A stretch of DNA of 63,072 nucleotides, the filler included, from Chiloscyllium plagiosum (lineage: Eukaryota): assembly GCF_004010195.1 (NCBI RefSeq). It is 3 parts of one record of this genome, joined end to end, with 100 filler letters (N's around TTAATTAATTAA, not from the genome) between each part and the next. Parts side by side here need not be neighbours in the genome. Positions count along the whole stretch, not along the records: positions 22,699 to 54,392 come from NC_057711.1; positions 54,493 to 63,072 come from NC_057711.1; 1 more part is not named here. One strand, given 5' to 3'. Positions within the stretch are counted from its first letter, which is position 1. The number at the start of each line of letters is the position of its first letter. Position numbers and translations under genes: made by a program. This document shows, one piece after another, positions 49,864-62,442 of this stretch. Under the pieces are notes generated by a model, which worked only from the letters and a program-made list of their open reading frames with translations, did not search any database and had not been told where the DNA came from.

Positions 49864-50539
49864 CTGAGCAGTGCTGACAGCCATGGCAAGCTGCTTGTAA
49901 GGCAAAACAGAGGTACTAAGGCCTTGAAAGTGTGGATGAGGGGCAAAGTGCTAAAATTCAAGTCAATACAAAACAGGAATATTGCAAGCATCCTAGTAAG
50001 TGCAAAGTGACTGAGTGCTAAGAGAGCAAATGCAGGTCTCTGAGGTGCAGCCTGGTCTAGCTGATGCCTATTCTTGTGTACAAAGTATGCATTGCAATGA
50101 TGTGCAGTGTTAAAGTGCAGGACTATACTGTAAGTGGATCAGATATGTGCATGATGAGGTAGAAGGCTGTCATATGTGAGATGTGGTCACGAAGTGCACA
50201 TGGCTGCTGTACCAGGAGCATGCCCTGAGGTGTTGGTACTGGGTGCCCATGATGGAAGAAGAGGTGAGCTGGACTTGTGAGGTACCCACTCTGACTTTCA
50301 TATTGAAAATTCTCAGAATTCAGTTTCTGTTCAGCAGGTGGGAAAATGGGAGCCTGAGCATTACGAAGTTAAATTAATTAGAAATAAGGATGATAATGAG
50401 TGATAATTCCCATTGATTGGCATCTCACTGCTCACAAATCAGAGTTTTATCTTCAGTGCTGGAGGTTTGTTTGGAAGATGTGATGTTCGGGTCTTGACAT
50501 TGAGAAAGGCCTCACTCAACATCTTCTGTCATGCTTGCT

Positions 50540-51890
50540 ATAGCCCAGGTCATGACACAAAATGTGAAGTCACAAGGAATCTGTGGTGAACTGGTCATAG
50601 AACAGGTTTAGTCATAGAAGACAGAGAGTAAAGGTAGAAGGGTGCTTTTCTGACTGGAGATCTGTGACCAGTGGTATCACAGGGATCAGTGCTGGGTCAG
50701 CAGTTGTCTGTAACATATATCTAAAAACGATTTGGAGAAGAATGTTGGTGGTCTGGTTAGTAAGTTTGCAGGCAACACAAAGATTGAGGGGAGCTGCGGA
50801 CAGTAAGGAGGATTGCCAGAGGGTATAGCAAGATGTAGATAGACTGAAGACTCAGGGTGGAGAAGTGGCAGATGGAGAGTTAATCCAGAAAATTATAAAA
50901 TAATGTATTTCAGAATATGTAATACAGGAGGGAAGTATACAAAAAATGGCGGAATCTTAAGTAGCATTTACAGAGAGGGGGATCTAGATATACAGTTTCA
51001 CAGTTCCCTGAAAGTGCCAATAAAGGTGGATGTAATGATCAAAAAGCCATATGGCATGCTTGGTCTGATTGGTCGAGGCACAGAATATAAGAAATGGCAA
51101 GCCACATTGCTGCTGTATGCAACTTTTGCTAGCCATATTGGAATATTGTATGCAGTCTGGTTGCACACTACCAGCGGGATGTGGATACTTTGGAGAGGGT
51201 ACAGAAATAGTTTATCAGGATGCTGCCTAGATTGGAGGGCATTACTTATGAAGAGAGATTGGACAAACTTGGTTTGTTTTCACTTGAATTTCAGAAGATT
51301 AGGGATGATCAGATAGAAGTTTAGAAAATTATGAGAGGCATGGATAGAATGGAAAGTTAAAATCATTTTCTCAGAATAGAAATATCAATTACAAGGGGAC
51401 TTATGTATAGAGTAAAAAGATGTTAGCTTAAAGGATATGTGAGAGGCAAGGTTTTTACACAGAGGGTGGTATGTACCCTGGAATGCACTGCCATAGGTTT
51501 GGTGGATAGGCAGGAGGCTGGAAGTACACAGCAAGCTAGGCAGCATCAAGAGACGGAGAAGTCGATGTGTCAGGTATAACCCTTCTTCAGGACTGGAAGT
51601 GGGTGTGGGAGGGAGCTACAGATAAAGGGGGAGCTGGGGGGCAGGGTGGTGAAGTGGGGATAGGTGAAGACAGGTAGAGGGTACGACCTGGTTGGTCAAT
51701 GGGAGGTGTGGTAGAAGCAGATGCGATAGAAATGTTTAAGAGGCATCTTGACAGACAGATGGATAGACAGTGAATAGAGGGATATGGACTGTGTAGATGC
51801 AAAAAGCTTTTATTTTACAAAGGCATCATGTGTCAGTGCAGTCTTGGTGGGCTTAAGGTCTGTTCCTATGCTGTACTGTTCTTGGTACTG
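50540..51890 (+). mobile_element. Decayed CR1 LINE (RT to tail)
   Basis: CAGGGATCAGTGCTGGG (QGSVLG), TAAGTTTGCAGGCAACACAAAG, GTTTTTACACAGAGGGTGG; multiple frameshifts. Confidence 0.88.
51505..51705 (-). mobile_element. PLE-derived 3' fragment nested in CR1
   Basis: GGCTGGAAGTACACAGCAAGCTAGGCAGCATC..ACCCTTCTTCAGGACT (antisense CTGAAGAAGGG); same family as 56555-56760. Confidence 0.75.
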
Positions 51891-54330
51891 CTTATCTATA
51901 TTTACCAAAATGCTTATTTTCTTATATGGAACAAGGCGTTTTGGTGAGTTGAAGCTTTAGTATTTATACGGCCTAGTTTGGATTAATTCATCAAATATCT
52001 TTATTTTTATCTAATCTAAGCCTTTAGATTCTGTTGCGCTTTTACAAATGCTTGAACACAATCTGCATGGAATAAACAAGAATGCAAAATTGGTGAAAAG
52101 TGAGTTCTTGAAAGTTTGGAAGGCCAAAGGAGGGAGATTGCAGTGACAGGAAAAGGCAAAGCCATAGAAGAATTTGAAAGAGATGATGAAAGTGTAAAAA
52201 TTAAAATGTTGTTGGACTGGGAGCCAATAGAGCATTGAACCGGGGCCTGGAATATGGTTTTGTAAGGATATAAGCAATGAAGATGACTACTAAAATCTGC
52301 TTCAGTTGTTGGGGATGGATTTGAGGCTCAAAATAAATCAGAAAATGCAACCATCCTCCTGCAAGAGCCTTTGGTTTACCCTAATGGAGGATGATTTCTT
52401 GGTTGTGATGATGGAATTGAATATTTTCTCGTTGGCTTTCTCAAACTGTAAGTGTTCTTTTCTGAAAGTATTGTGCACATTTTCATAAATAATGCTTTTA
52501 CTTTTAAGACAATGATTCACATAAATGGTCAGCAATAAGGGTGAATATCAGGTAGTAGGTATTTGTGAAGTAAATGATTCATGATGTCAACAATACACTG
52601 ATGAACTCTAAATGTCTGATACATTACTGAGGGTGAAGAAAAATGCAGAGAGGTTAAGGAGATCAGATAATCACAGCTTCTGCACAGATTCTCCCAGGAC
52701 ACATAAAGATGATTTGCACTTCTATTCTACGTGTAGTACACATGTTCTCTTACATCCGTTTTCATAAACATGAAGAAAGATGAAATGTAACAATTAAATA
52801 AGCTTCAGTTGCTGCAAATGAAAACCATTCTTGAAGCACTTTGTGGATGTTTGTGGAAATTGTGTGACCTGACATGACACTTAAAGAAAAACAAGTGAGA
52901 GCTTAACATTAATCTTGCAAGTGACATTGCCTATCAGATGCAACCCTTTCATCCCTTATGTGTAACCATTAGTCTGATATTTAATAAAACAGGCCTACAC
53001 ATTTTTTTTGTTGTGATGGCTGATGTTCATACCATATGCTTGAAAACTCACAATAGGTTAAGTATTTAGTTGAAGGCAATTTTTAAGTTCAATACAAATA
53101 TACATTTTAAATTAATCAGAACTGACAAATAAACAAACCAGCTTCCAATAGCGAATATACAATAACCGAAGGTTGACTGAAGCTGTTAGTGTCTAGGTAG
53201 AGTGGGTTTTCCTTTTTTTTGTCACTTCTATTTATTAATGATGTTGTTCATTGGAGGAAAACAGTCCCTCAGATTTCATTAACAAACACGTTAAATTAAT
53301 TTAATTTCAAAAATACTTTGCAATAATATATTCAGACAATTAATTAAGATGGAACTTGCCAAACCATTTCTTTCTGCAAGATAATTTTGAGTTTTGAAGA
53401 TAATTCTTAAAAATAACCAACAATGAAATTTGTAATATGTCTGTAGCCAGTAAAGAATATAAAAGCTTATTTATGTGAACACCAGCATCTGAGAAATATG
53501 CATAGAGACTCAGGTTGATTATTGTTTTTAGGTTGTGGAGTTGATCGATGTGTTATAGCATATTTGAATGCATATGAATTCCCATTTAAATTAAACATAA
53601 GTTGCATTGATAATTATAATTTTCAGAAGTGAAAATAAACAGCAGCAGAAGGCCTCATAAACTCTAAGAGATTTTGATGTCATTCTTTTATATGATTGCA
53701 CTGGTATATTTTAAATAGCATCTTAACCCTAAGTTTGATATTCTCAGATCCTAATTATTGATTTGAATGCTCTACAGTGATTTTCTTTTCAAAACACAAT
53801 GCTTCACTGAGAAGGCTGTATCTTTTTTATTTTTCTATATTCTTGTTGTAGACTGAAATGGGAAAAGGACTGCTTTAAATGCCAGGGTTTGTTGATGGAC
53901 TGCTGTACTTTTAAATTGCAAATTACTCAACACATGCTCATTGTAAACACTATTCACACAGCTGTTGGTTCAAGCAATAGGGAAAGCCGAGTTACAAATG
54001 AGCTGGAGCCAAGGGGTTTGTGTACGTTTGGAAATTTAGTCAGTAAGAAGTAGCTGATTGATCTGTGAACTACAACTAGTTATCAATGACAAGAGCCTCC
54101 AGGCAGCCATTAACTATATGACAGCCTGGGAACTGACAACTTGTGGCTGTCAATGTTTGAGGAGAAGAATTTGGACATTGGACAGGAAGGGGCTATTTAA
54201 CTCTGCATAAAAAAATCTCTCAATTCAGAAAATGGCTAAATTATTTCCTCTCAGCAGTTGCTGAAAGCTGTGGGTTTTTGAAACCAATCTGTTAGAGAAT
54301 TTATAAGTGTGAACTAAGCAAATCGATGAT

Positions 54331-54745
54331 TCTTCAGGAATGAGGCTGGTGTGCCAAGCGGGCTGAGATAAAAGGTGTCGGGGTGGGGGGGANNNNNNNN
54401 NNNNNNNNNNNNNNNNNNNNNNNNNNNNNNNNNNNNTTAATTAATTAANNNNNNNNNNNNNNNNNNNNNNNNNNNNNNNNNNNNNNNNNNNNTTCTTGAC
54501 CTGCAATCTTCTTCCCGACCTCTCCGCCCCCACCCCCTCTCCGGCCTATCACCCTCATCTTAACCTCCTTCCACCTATTGTATTCCCAACGTCCCTCCCC
54601 CAAGTCCCTCCTCCCTACCTTTTATCTTAGCCTGCTTGGCACACCCTCCTCATTCCTGAAGAAGGGCTTATGCCCGAAATGTTGATTCTCCTGCTCCTTG
54701 GATGCTGCCTGATCTGCTGCACTTTTCCAGCCACACATTTTTAAG
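54331..54745 (+). mobile_element. PLE-derived inverted structure spanning a gap, with hammerhead-like motif at 54652-54686
   Basis: 54331-54385 is antisense to 54610-54664; CTGAAGA-A-GGGCTTATGCCC-GAA-ATGT-T-GATT. Confidence 0.8.
54393..54492. other. 100-bp scaffold gap with TTAATTAATTAA linker
   Basis: Linker at 54437-54448 with 44 N on each side. Confidence 0.97.
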
Positions 54746-54859
54746 TTGTGTTGTTCTTAATTGAACTCCATACCAACTACACAGGCACAAATGATTTGTC
54801 TTAAACATTGTTTCATTTTCTTACTCTTCCTAAGGGTAATTTGTAGCTCAGTTGATGCT

Positions 54860-55250
54860 TTGTATTTATTCACTCTGGAATACCGGCATTTCTAGTAAGA
54901 TCGACAGTTCTAGGATTGGGCAACAAATAAGTAGACTGATAGACCATGTCAGCAGGTAGTTGAGGATCCACTACAGTGTTATAGGCCCGGAGTCACATAT
55001 ACGTCAGACTAGGCATAAACAGCAGAATTTCTTTGCTGAAGAGCATGTGTGAACCAGATGAGATTTTACAACAGTCACCAGTGGTGACATGGTTTGCCAT
55101 AAGACAAGTTTTTAATTCCAGAATTTTGTTTTATTAAATTCAAATTTCACCATCTACCATGGTAGGATTATAATGTATTGTTCAAGAGTATTTTAGTCTT
55201 GGGTTCTAGATTATAGTGTCTGACATTACGACAATGCTGCCACTGCTCCT
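54860..55250 (-). mobile_element. tRNA-derived SINE (same family as 12110-12780)
   Basis: GGAGTCACATATACGTCAGAC..GTGAACCAGATG..ATTCAAATTTCACCATCTACCATGGTAGGATT..GACATTAC. Confidence 0.7.
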
Positions 55251-55455
55251 ATGCCTTCTTTCCCTTTCTTTGAGTAATTCTTGCACATGCCCAATCAAAA
55301 ACAATGGCCAACCAGACACAAAAGAGCTGGATTGTTAATCCAGTGACCCAGGTAGTGCTCTGGGAACCCATGTTCAAATCTTGTCATGGTAGATGGTGGA
55401 ACTTGTTGTAACACAGGGTGACAGAAATTAAACAAATTGTCTCACCTATGTTTTT

Positions 55456-55800
55456 GGGCAGCATAATGGTTCAGTGGTTAGCACTGCTGTCTCACAGTGC
55501 CAGGGACCAGGGTTCGATTCCAGCCTCAGGTCACTGCCTGTGTGGAGTTTGCACATTCTCCCCGTGTCTGCGAGAGTTTCCTTCAGGTACTCTACTCTCA
55601 CAGTCCAAAGATGTACAGATTAAATGAATTGGCCATGCTAAGTTGCACATAGTGTTCAGGGATGTGTAGGTTAGGTGGATTAACCTGGGGTAAAGGTAAA
55701 ATAGTAGGATGAGGAATGGGTCTGGGTGGGTTGCTCTTTGGAGGGTCCGTGTGGACTTGTTGGGCCAAATGGCTTGTTTCCACACTGTAGGGATTCTATG
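55456..55800 (+). mobile_element. HE1-type V-SINE
   Basis: GGGCAGCATAATGGTTCAGTGGTTAGCACTG..GGTTCGATTCC..CACACTGTAGGGATTCTATG. Confidence 0.92.
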
Positions 55801-56000
55801 AAAGAGTGTCACTGTAACCGATCAGGGAAAGGAAATAGATCAGTGATCTGCTTAGGCAAGGATTGTGGTGATAGGCTGTAGTGATACATATTCTTTTGGA
55901 TAACTTGTGGCATCATAATTTATAAGAGAGCTTATGTCACATACCCTTTTGTAAACAAAAGGTTATGTTTTACATTTTCTGTTGTACTTATTTTCTCATG

Positions 56001-56340
56001 AAGTGGAGGTACTGATGTTGGACTGGAGTGGACAAAGTTAAAAACCACACAACTCCAAGTTATAGTCCAACTGGTTTATTTGGAAGTACTAGCTTTTGGA
56101 GTGCTGCTCCTTCATCAGGTGGCTGTAGAGCAGGATCACAGATGAAAGACTTAACTGCAGTCTAGGTTTGTTCGATATATCATATCAATTGCATACATGA
56201 CATTGTGATGTTTTGCTATAAATTCCATGTCTTAAGATCCTGCTCCACTAGCTACCTGATGAAGGAGCAGCACTCCAAAAGCTAGTACTTCCAAATAAAC
56301 CTGTTGGATATAACCTGGTGTTATGTGATTTTTAAGTTTC
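56001..56340 (-). mobile_element. Penelope-derived foldback insertion (tail plus ~105-bp inverted arms)
   Basis: Arms ~56034-56137 and ~56236-56339; TSD TTTTCTCATG/TTTTCTAATG (55991-56000, 56341-56350). Confidence 0.87.
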
Positions 56341-56554
56341 TTTTCTAATGTTTAGCTTCATTTTTTTGGTTTTGAGTTGTTTTAGTTTTCTACCTAAAAT
56401 ACATTTATTAAAAACGTTTTTGTACAAAGTGTAAATGATTCTCCCATGATGAGAGCTTTACACAATAGCTCCGTCCAATCTCTGGTACAAGTCTACTTTC
56501 CTGTCTGAGCTGGATTGTACAGTGATACCCATGCTCAGTCTCCTTGTTGGTCTT

Positions 56555-56760
56555 GTTTAGAGACAAAAAAAAAAGCTGCAGACACTGGAATCCAAAGTAG
56601 GCAAATGGAGGCTGAAAGAACACTGCAAGCCAGGCAGAATCAGGAGGTGGAGAAGTCAATGTTTCAGGTGTTAACCCTTCTTTAATCCTGAAGAAACGTT
56701 GACATCTCCACCTCCTAATGCTGCCTGATTTGCTGTGTTCTTCCAGCCTCTTGTTTGTCT
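56555..56760 (-). mobile_element. PLE-derived foldback insertion of another family
   Basis: Antisense tail GCTGCAGACACTGGAATCC, then inverted arms folding within the hammerhead; TSD TCCTTGTTG(G)TCTT at 56541-56554 and 56761-56773. Confidence 0.82.
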
Positions 56761-59700
56761 TCCTTGTTGTCTTACCATGACAGTTCTTCACCCATTCTGC
56801 TATGTGACCGTATAATCATATTCCACAGCCACTGGAAATATTCAACAATGCAGGGGATGGAAAGCAGGATAACATATAATAAATATATTTACAAAAACTT
56901 TACGTTTCTTCCATCGCAGCAAAGTACACTTTCTTTTCCTAATTCACTAATTCATCATTTCCATCCAAATAACCGATTCCTTACATAATGGGAGATAATT
57001 CCAATTTCTGATTGATATTTAAGAAATGACATTTTAGCAAAGATTATGGGGGCATCTGGCACCTGTAATACTATTCTGATTGCAAGCACAGTATGGCATT
57101 CAAGTTGGCACCATAAATGTAATGCAATAACATGATTGGATTGCTTTTTCTTTCTCCTCCTGCTAGATGACACCTTTTCTTGGACTCAAAAGGATACCAA
57201 CAATGAGTGAATGAGCAATCAATAATTTAATGTTTGTCTGTGTATATTGTGGTCAGAGTGAAGGCTACCATAGCCTTCATGTCTGACACAGTAGGTGGAA
57301 GCAATTTGTTAACTGCCACTCAGCACTGCTTGACATAAGTACAGGAGAAGTTAAGCCATGCAAATGTGCAGCCAATACGAATGGCATCTTTGAATGTTAA
57401 AACTTGCATATTCAAGTTTAATTCTCAGTACCATAAGAAGAAATCATGACATCAAGTTGCAATATGTTTATTTGTCATTGAGTAATAATAAAATGTAAAT
57501 TTAAAGCTTTTAAATTTAAAGTCAAATGCATGTAAGAGGAATTTAAATCTTCCCGCTGATCGTCTTGTCTTTGTTAGCTCTGTATTCAATTTTTATGGAA
57601 GAGCTGTTGTGGATTTATTATTTGTGTGATCTATTATATGCTCCTTTAAAATAGTTCTTCCGGCTAACCTTTGACCTGAAATATATGCTAGGCATGAAGC
57701 AAAGGCTTAAACTTCATGCCTTGACAGCTTCTATCCTTCAACTGCCTTGATTTTGAATAACATAGCTGTTCTGACTTTCAAAGGGAAGTATAGAGAGGAG
57801 TCTGTATTCGATATTATTTATTGCTGTTCAGATGTGAATCTAAATTTCATCATCCAAGTATGAGCCATTTGAAGGTTTTGATGGAGGATTTGAATGTTTC
57901 ATAACATTTTCATCATTTGTGAGTTTTCAGAATTTATATTGAAATTCTCTTTATGGTCACTAATTAAAACTTTACAGAATGGCTTACAGGCAATATTGAG
58001 ATGTCTCACATTGCAAAGTCCAGGATATCCCTAGTGGATTTGTCAGCCAGTAAACTGCACTTTGAAAGGAATTGTAACTGAAGAGATTTTTTTTAAAAAG
58101 CCATCATTTTTTTCAGGGGGGAGAGCTGAAACCTTAAATCTTTGATTATCTAATGAAAATTATTCTGGATGATTTTTGAACAAAAAAAAATCCTGAAATC
58201 CAATGTGACAGTTTTAACATCAAGTTCACTCATGAGCTAAATATCAAAGAAAAGATCACCAAAACCAAACTGGTAATGTCAGCTGATTTTTCCTAACAGT
58301 CTTCTGATCAGTTATTGCTATTTGAACAAATTAACAACAGTCAAAATCTGGCTCATCTCATCCCAGTTCAGTGTTTTGTTTGTAAAGGGCTTTTCATTCT
58401 GTTATGTTTTACATTAGATAATTTTATATTCCACATTGCACTCCAAAATCTCCCCAAATATTGGTAAAGTGTTAACTTGAAGGAAAACAAAACTTGGTAG
58501 CACCTCTGTTATCAAAAAGTAAAAAATAACAGACAGAATAAATGAGAAGTTTTGATCTCTGGAGATACTTAGCTACAGCAAAAATGCAGCTGCAAAGTCA
58601 GGTCATCAAGTAAAACTCAAGAGACTTTTTCTCATTGTATGGAATCATGGAACCCCGTTCAACAATATGTATTTTACAATGACCCTCACATCATGGAAAA
58701 CTTGAGTTCGTAAGTCTGCAATGTGCAGGAAAGAGTAACTCGGAACTGTTTTCCCTGTATTAGCCAATTAGTAGTCCAGGGAACAGGCTTGCCATCCAAT
58801 TAAGGATTGTGGGCAGACATTTGAACCTGAAAGGCCATGAGAAGGTCCACCAGCATTAGAGTAGTAAAGGTTTGTAGTTCAGATAAGAGAGAGAGAAAGA
58901 GAGAAATCCAAGGCTGAAAATGTGGGCAGTTAGGCAGGAAGAGCTCTAAAATATGGAGAGCTACCTGGTTTACCAGTGAGTTGGTCTACTCACAGCAGCT
59001 AATCTAAGTGCCTGGGGGTGCAGGGGCTGGCGACAGGAAATTTGTAGTCAGGCCCTGATAAGAGACTCTAATAGACTGATAAAGGGTGCTTAACTTCGTA
59101 TTTGCTGCTTGTTGGAGATGTAACCCTTCAGAGCTTTCCTCCCTTATCCATGCTCAGACTTGTTGCTTGCTAAGTAAACAGCCTGGGGTTGGATAGCCAA
59201 TCGACCAGCACACCAGTGTATTCCTAGGCTTGGTGCTAGAAATTCTGCATGACACGGTCAGGTGTGTAATATATCTTGTAACTCCTTTGTGCACCAGCTA
59301 AGTGTTCTGTTCCTGTAGGCTAGAAGGAGTACAACTACTTCCTCTAAGAATAATAAGCCATCCTTTTGTGTTTTAATACTCCAAAGAATCCCCTCAGATT
59401 TTGCTACTGACCATCACTAGTTGTCTGAAATCTAGTTACATCTCTGGACCTACATCAATAAGTAAGACCTCTCCCCACGACATCATAATTGGGAATGCAC
59501 CTCCTCCAAATGTGACCTCTTAAATAAACTGGCCTGATCACCCTGACTCTGATTGTGAAGTACACTTTGTGCCCAAGATGCATGTCAATCAGCTGACCTT
59601 GTGGACAAGAAAAGAGAGAAAAGAAGAAATAAAATCTGTAGACATGTGAAGAACTGGCCTTTCTCATCTTCTCCAACCTCTAGATTAAAAACCAGGACCA

Positions 59701-60589
59701 GGTTTCTGATTTATTAGAAACAAAAAGACAAGGTTCATCTTTTTCCTTTCTTTCCATCCTGGTGGTTACAGGTTGCACGCTTGCCATGTTGGGAAAAATG
59801 CCAGTGTCCATTCAGGGCAGCTCCAGGCTGACAGTGCTTGTCAGGGTACACATCGGGCTTTTGAAAATGGTGGGCGTGCAAGGAATGCCAGTGAATTCTG
59901 GGATATTTTCCGAGAGGCGATTTATTTTGAAACAGTGTGTAATAAAACAGGACCAGAATTGATTGCCCAGAATGTCATGGGAAGGGATGAGGTAAGTAGT
60001 TTTTAATGAGGCTGGTTTGGTAAAATATGGCAAGAAAATCAATAGACCTTGCAGTGGAAAACCCTCCAAAAAAATGACACAACTCCGACTTTGTTATGAA
60101 AAGGTTCAATCTTGCTTGCCATGCAACAACATCTCAGGGCACGATCCATAGGCAATAACCTCGTGCCCTTCTCAATCACGAATATTGACATAGAATATTC
60201 TCCATTCCCCCAGGTTACACCTAGCACCCGAGTGAGTTGCAGGACACTTATTTGCCCTGATTTGCAGGACACTTCTAAAGTACAGATCTGCATTACAAGG
60301 TGCATCAACACTAGCATTGAAAGGCTGATGGATGGGCACAGGGATAGACTCTTGTCCCACAGATTTCAACAAGTCTGTTTCTTAGAGCTGCTGGCTCATC
60401 CTTTTCATGCTCCCTCTCTACCATGCTCACAGTATCCCTGTCTTGCCTTACCTTAATATGCCTATTGGTGCAGTCACACACCAGGCAGCTTATTTTGCTG
60501 GTCTGAAGTCCTCAGTTAAGGGGCGTATATCTTCCTGCATAGTATCATACTGTGTCAATTTCACATTTACATAATGTGCTAGTAGCTTA

Positions 60590-60909
60590 GACTAGACTAC
60601 TAGACTACTTACAGCGTGGAAACAGGCCCTTCGACCCAACAAGTCCACACCGACCCTCCGCAGAGCAACCCACCCAGACCCATTCCCCTACATTTACTCC
60701 TTCAACTAACACCACAGGCAATTTAGCATGGCCAATTCAGCTAACCTGCACATCATTAGGACTGTGGGAGGAAACCGGAGCACCCGGAGGAAAGCTACGC
60801 AGACACGGGGAGAATGTGCAAACTCCAACAGACAGTTGCCTGAGGCAGGAATTGAACGTGGGTCTCTGGCGCTGTGAGGCAGCAGTGCTAACCACTGTGC
60901 CACCATGCC
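60590..60909 (-). mobile_element. HE1-type V-SINE, full length
   Basis: Antisense head GGCATGGTGGCACAGTGGTTAGCACTGCTGCCTCACAGC, V core and (TAGAC)n tail; short TSD AGCTTA. Confidence 0.93.
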
Positions 60910-62105
60910 AGCTTACTGGCAAACAAACTGCACGTCCAGCAAGCGAGCAACCATGTCCCAAAATCTTAGGCCATTCATCCTCCCGGTCAGTAAACTTAAT
61001 ACAGTCAAGGGCAGCTTCCAATAATCAATCCAGGGATTAGCTATGGTCAGGTTTCTAGTCAGCACATCCTTGATTGGAGGTTCATGCCTCTGTAGTCGGG
61101 CAAAGTGGGTCACGTTCAGTCCTATGGCTCCATAACAGCCAATCCAGGGTGAGGGTTAATGCAGTCAGGGGTATGTGTAATATGTATGTCAGTACTTTGT
61201 GTACTTCTTAGCCATGAGCTATCTGATTACTATACTAAAGAAGTAGACTAGAGTCAGTTTTTCAGGTCCACCTAAATAAACTATGGGAAAAGAGGATAGG
61301 CTGGGGTGAGGGGAGGGAGATACAGTGGGGCCACAGCCAAAGGAAGTAAACTTGGAAACCTATTCATAGGGACTTTGAGCTGCAGGTTTGTGTGAAGCGG
61401 AAGGTGGGGGTTAAAGTTATGGAGAGAGACAACAGCATTTGAAAGAATGTGAAACAGTAAAGCATGAATGGGAGTTGGGTAATGTGAGGTTGGTGTTCAT
61501 CCACAGTCAGGATCGTTCTGGCTTAAGGATGGCAGGAGAATGTACGACCACACCTGGCATAGTTACCTCACATGCCAGGCTTGGGAGGAGAGAAATGGGC
61601 ATATTGATGGGTTGTGTGGGGACCATGTTGCCCAACAGAGTACTCAAACTTTTTACCCAGGTAGTCCTTCCTGGTGTACCAGACAAAAGATGGGGAGCTG
61701 ACTCAGAATTTAGTTAAACAAACCCTTCTTTATTTACTCTTTAGTTATCAAAGCTCATTATAAAATAGACATTTGTTGAAACATTAACTTCTTACTTCAT
61801 CTAACTTAACTTCAACTTTAACTCACTTCACTTTATTTTATAATACTTAATTCATGTTTAACCCTAACTTTGATTTGAAACAATATTCCCTGATTCAAGT
61901 GAAGTCGCCAATTTTGCTCTCTGTGTAGATCTTGCCTCATGGTACTTTATTTTCTCTGAAGTTAACTTTTGGGCAGGTAGTTCTCAAACATTATCATGAA
62001 AGCTTTTACCGAAAAAAGCTTTTGGTTCTGCTAAGTTTTCTGAAAAGGTGCATGGTTTCCAGAAAGTTCTCTGGCACTCTGTCAATGAATTGATCAAATC
62101 CTGAT

Positions 62106-62442
62106 CACATTGTACGATCCTAGACCGTGAAGTTTTACTTGTAGAAAACTCTCAAATCTTTACACATTTAAACATCACAAAGCTACGTTCCATACTCCAT
62201 TTATGGTAGTATGGTGCCAGTATTTTAGAGATGCATGACACCTGCCTTATTTGGTCAACACAGTAAATTACAACCACATTGTACGATCCTAGACTGTGAA
62301 GTTTTACTTGTAGAAAACTCTCAAATCTTTACACATTTAAACATCACAAAGCTACGTTCCATATTCCATTTATGGTAGTATGGTGCCAGTATTTTAGAGA
62401 TGCCATGACACCTGCCTTATTTTGTCAACACAGTAAACTACA
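62106..62442. repeat. ~169-bp tandem duplication (62106-62274 / 62275-62442)
   Basis: CACATTGTACGATCCTAGAC..CAACACAGTAAA twice, with about five differences. Confidence 0.93.

Noticed and set aside
59700..60460. Cluster of overlapping short ORFs, possibly a Harbinger transposase relic
   Set aside because: I could not read a convincing DDE or Myb motif; left unassigned pending a BLASTx search.
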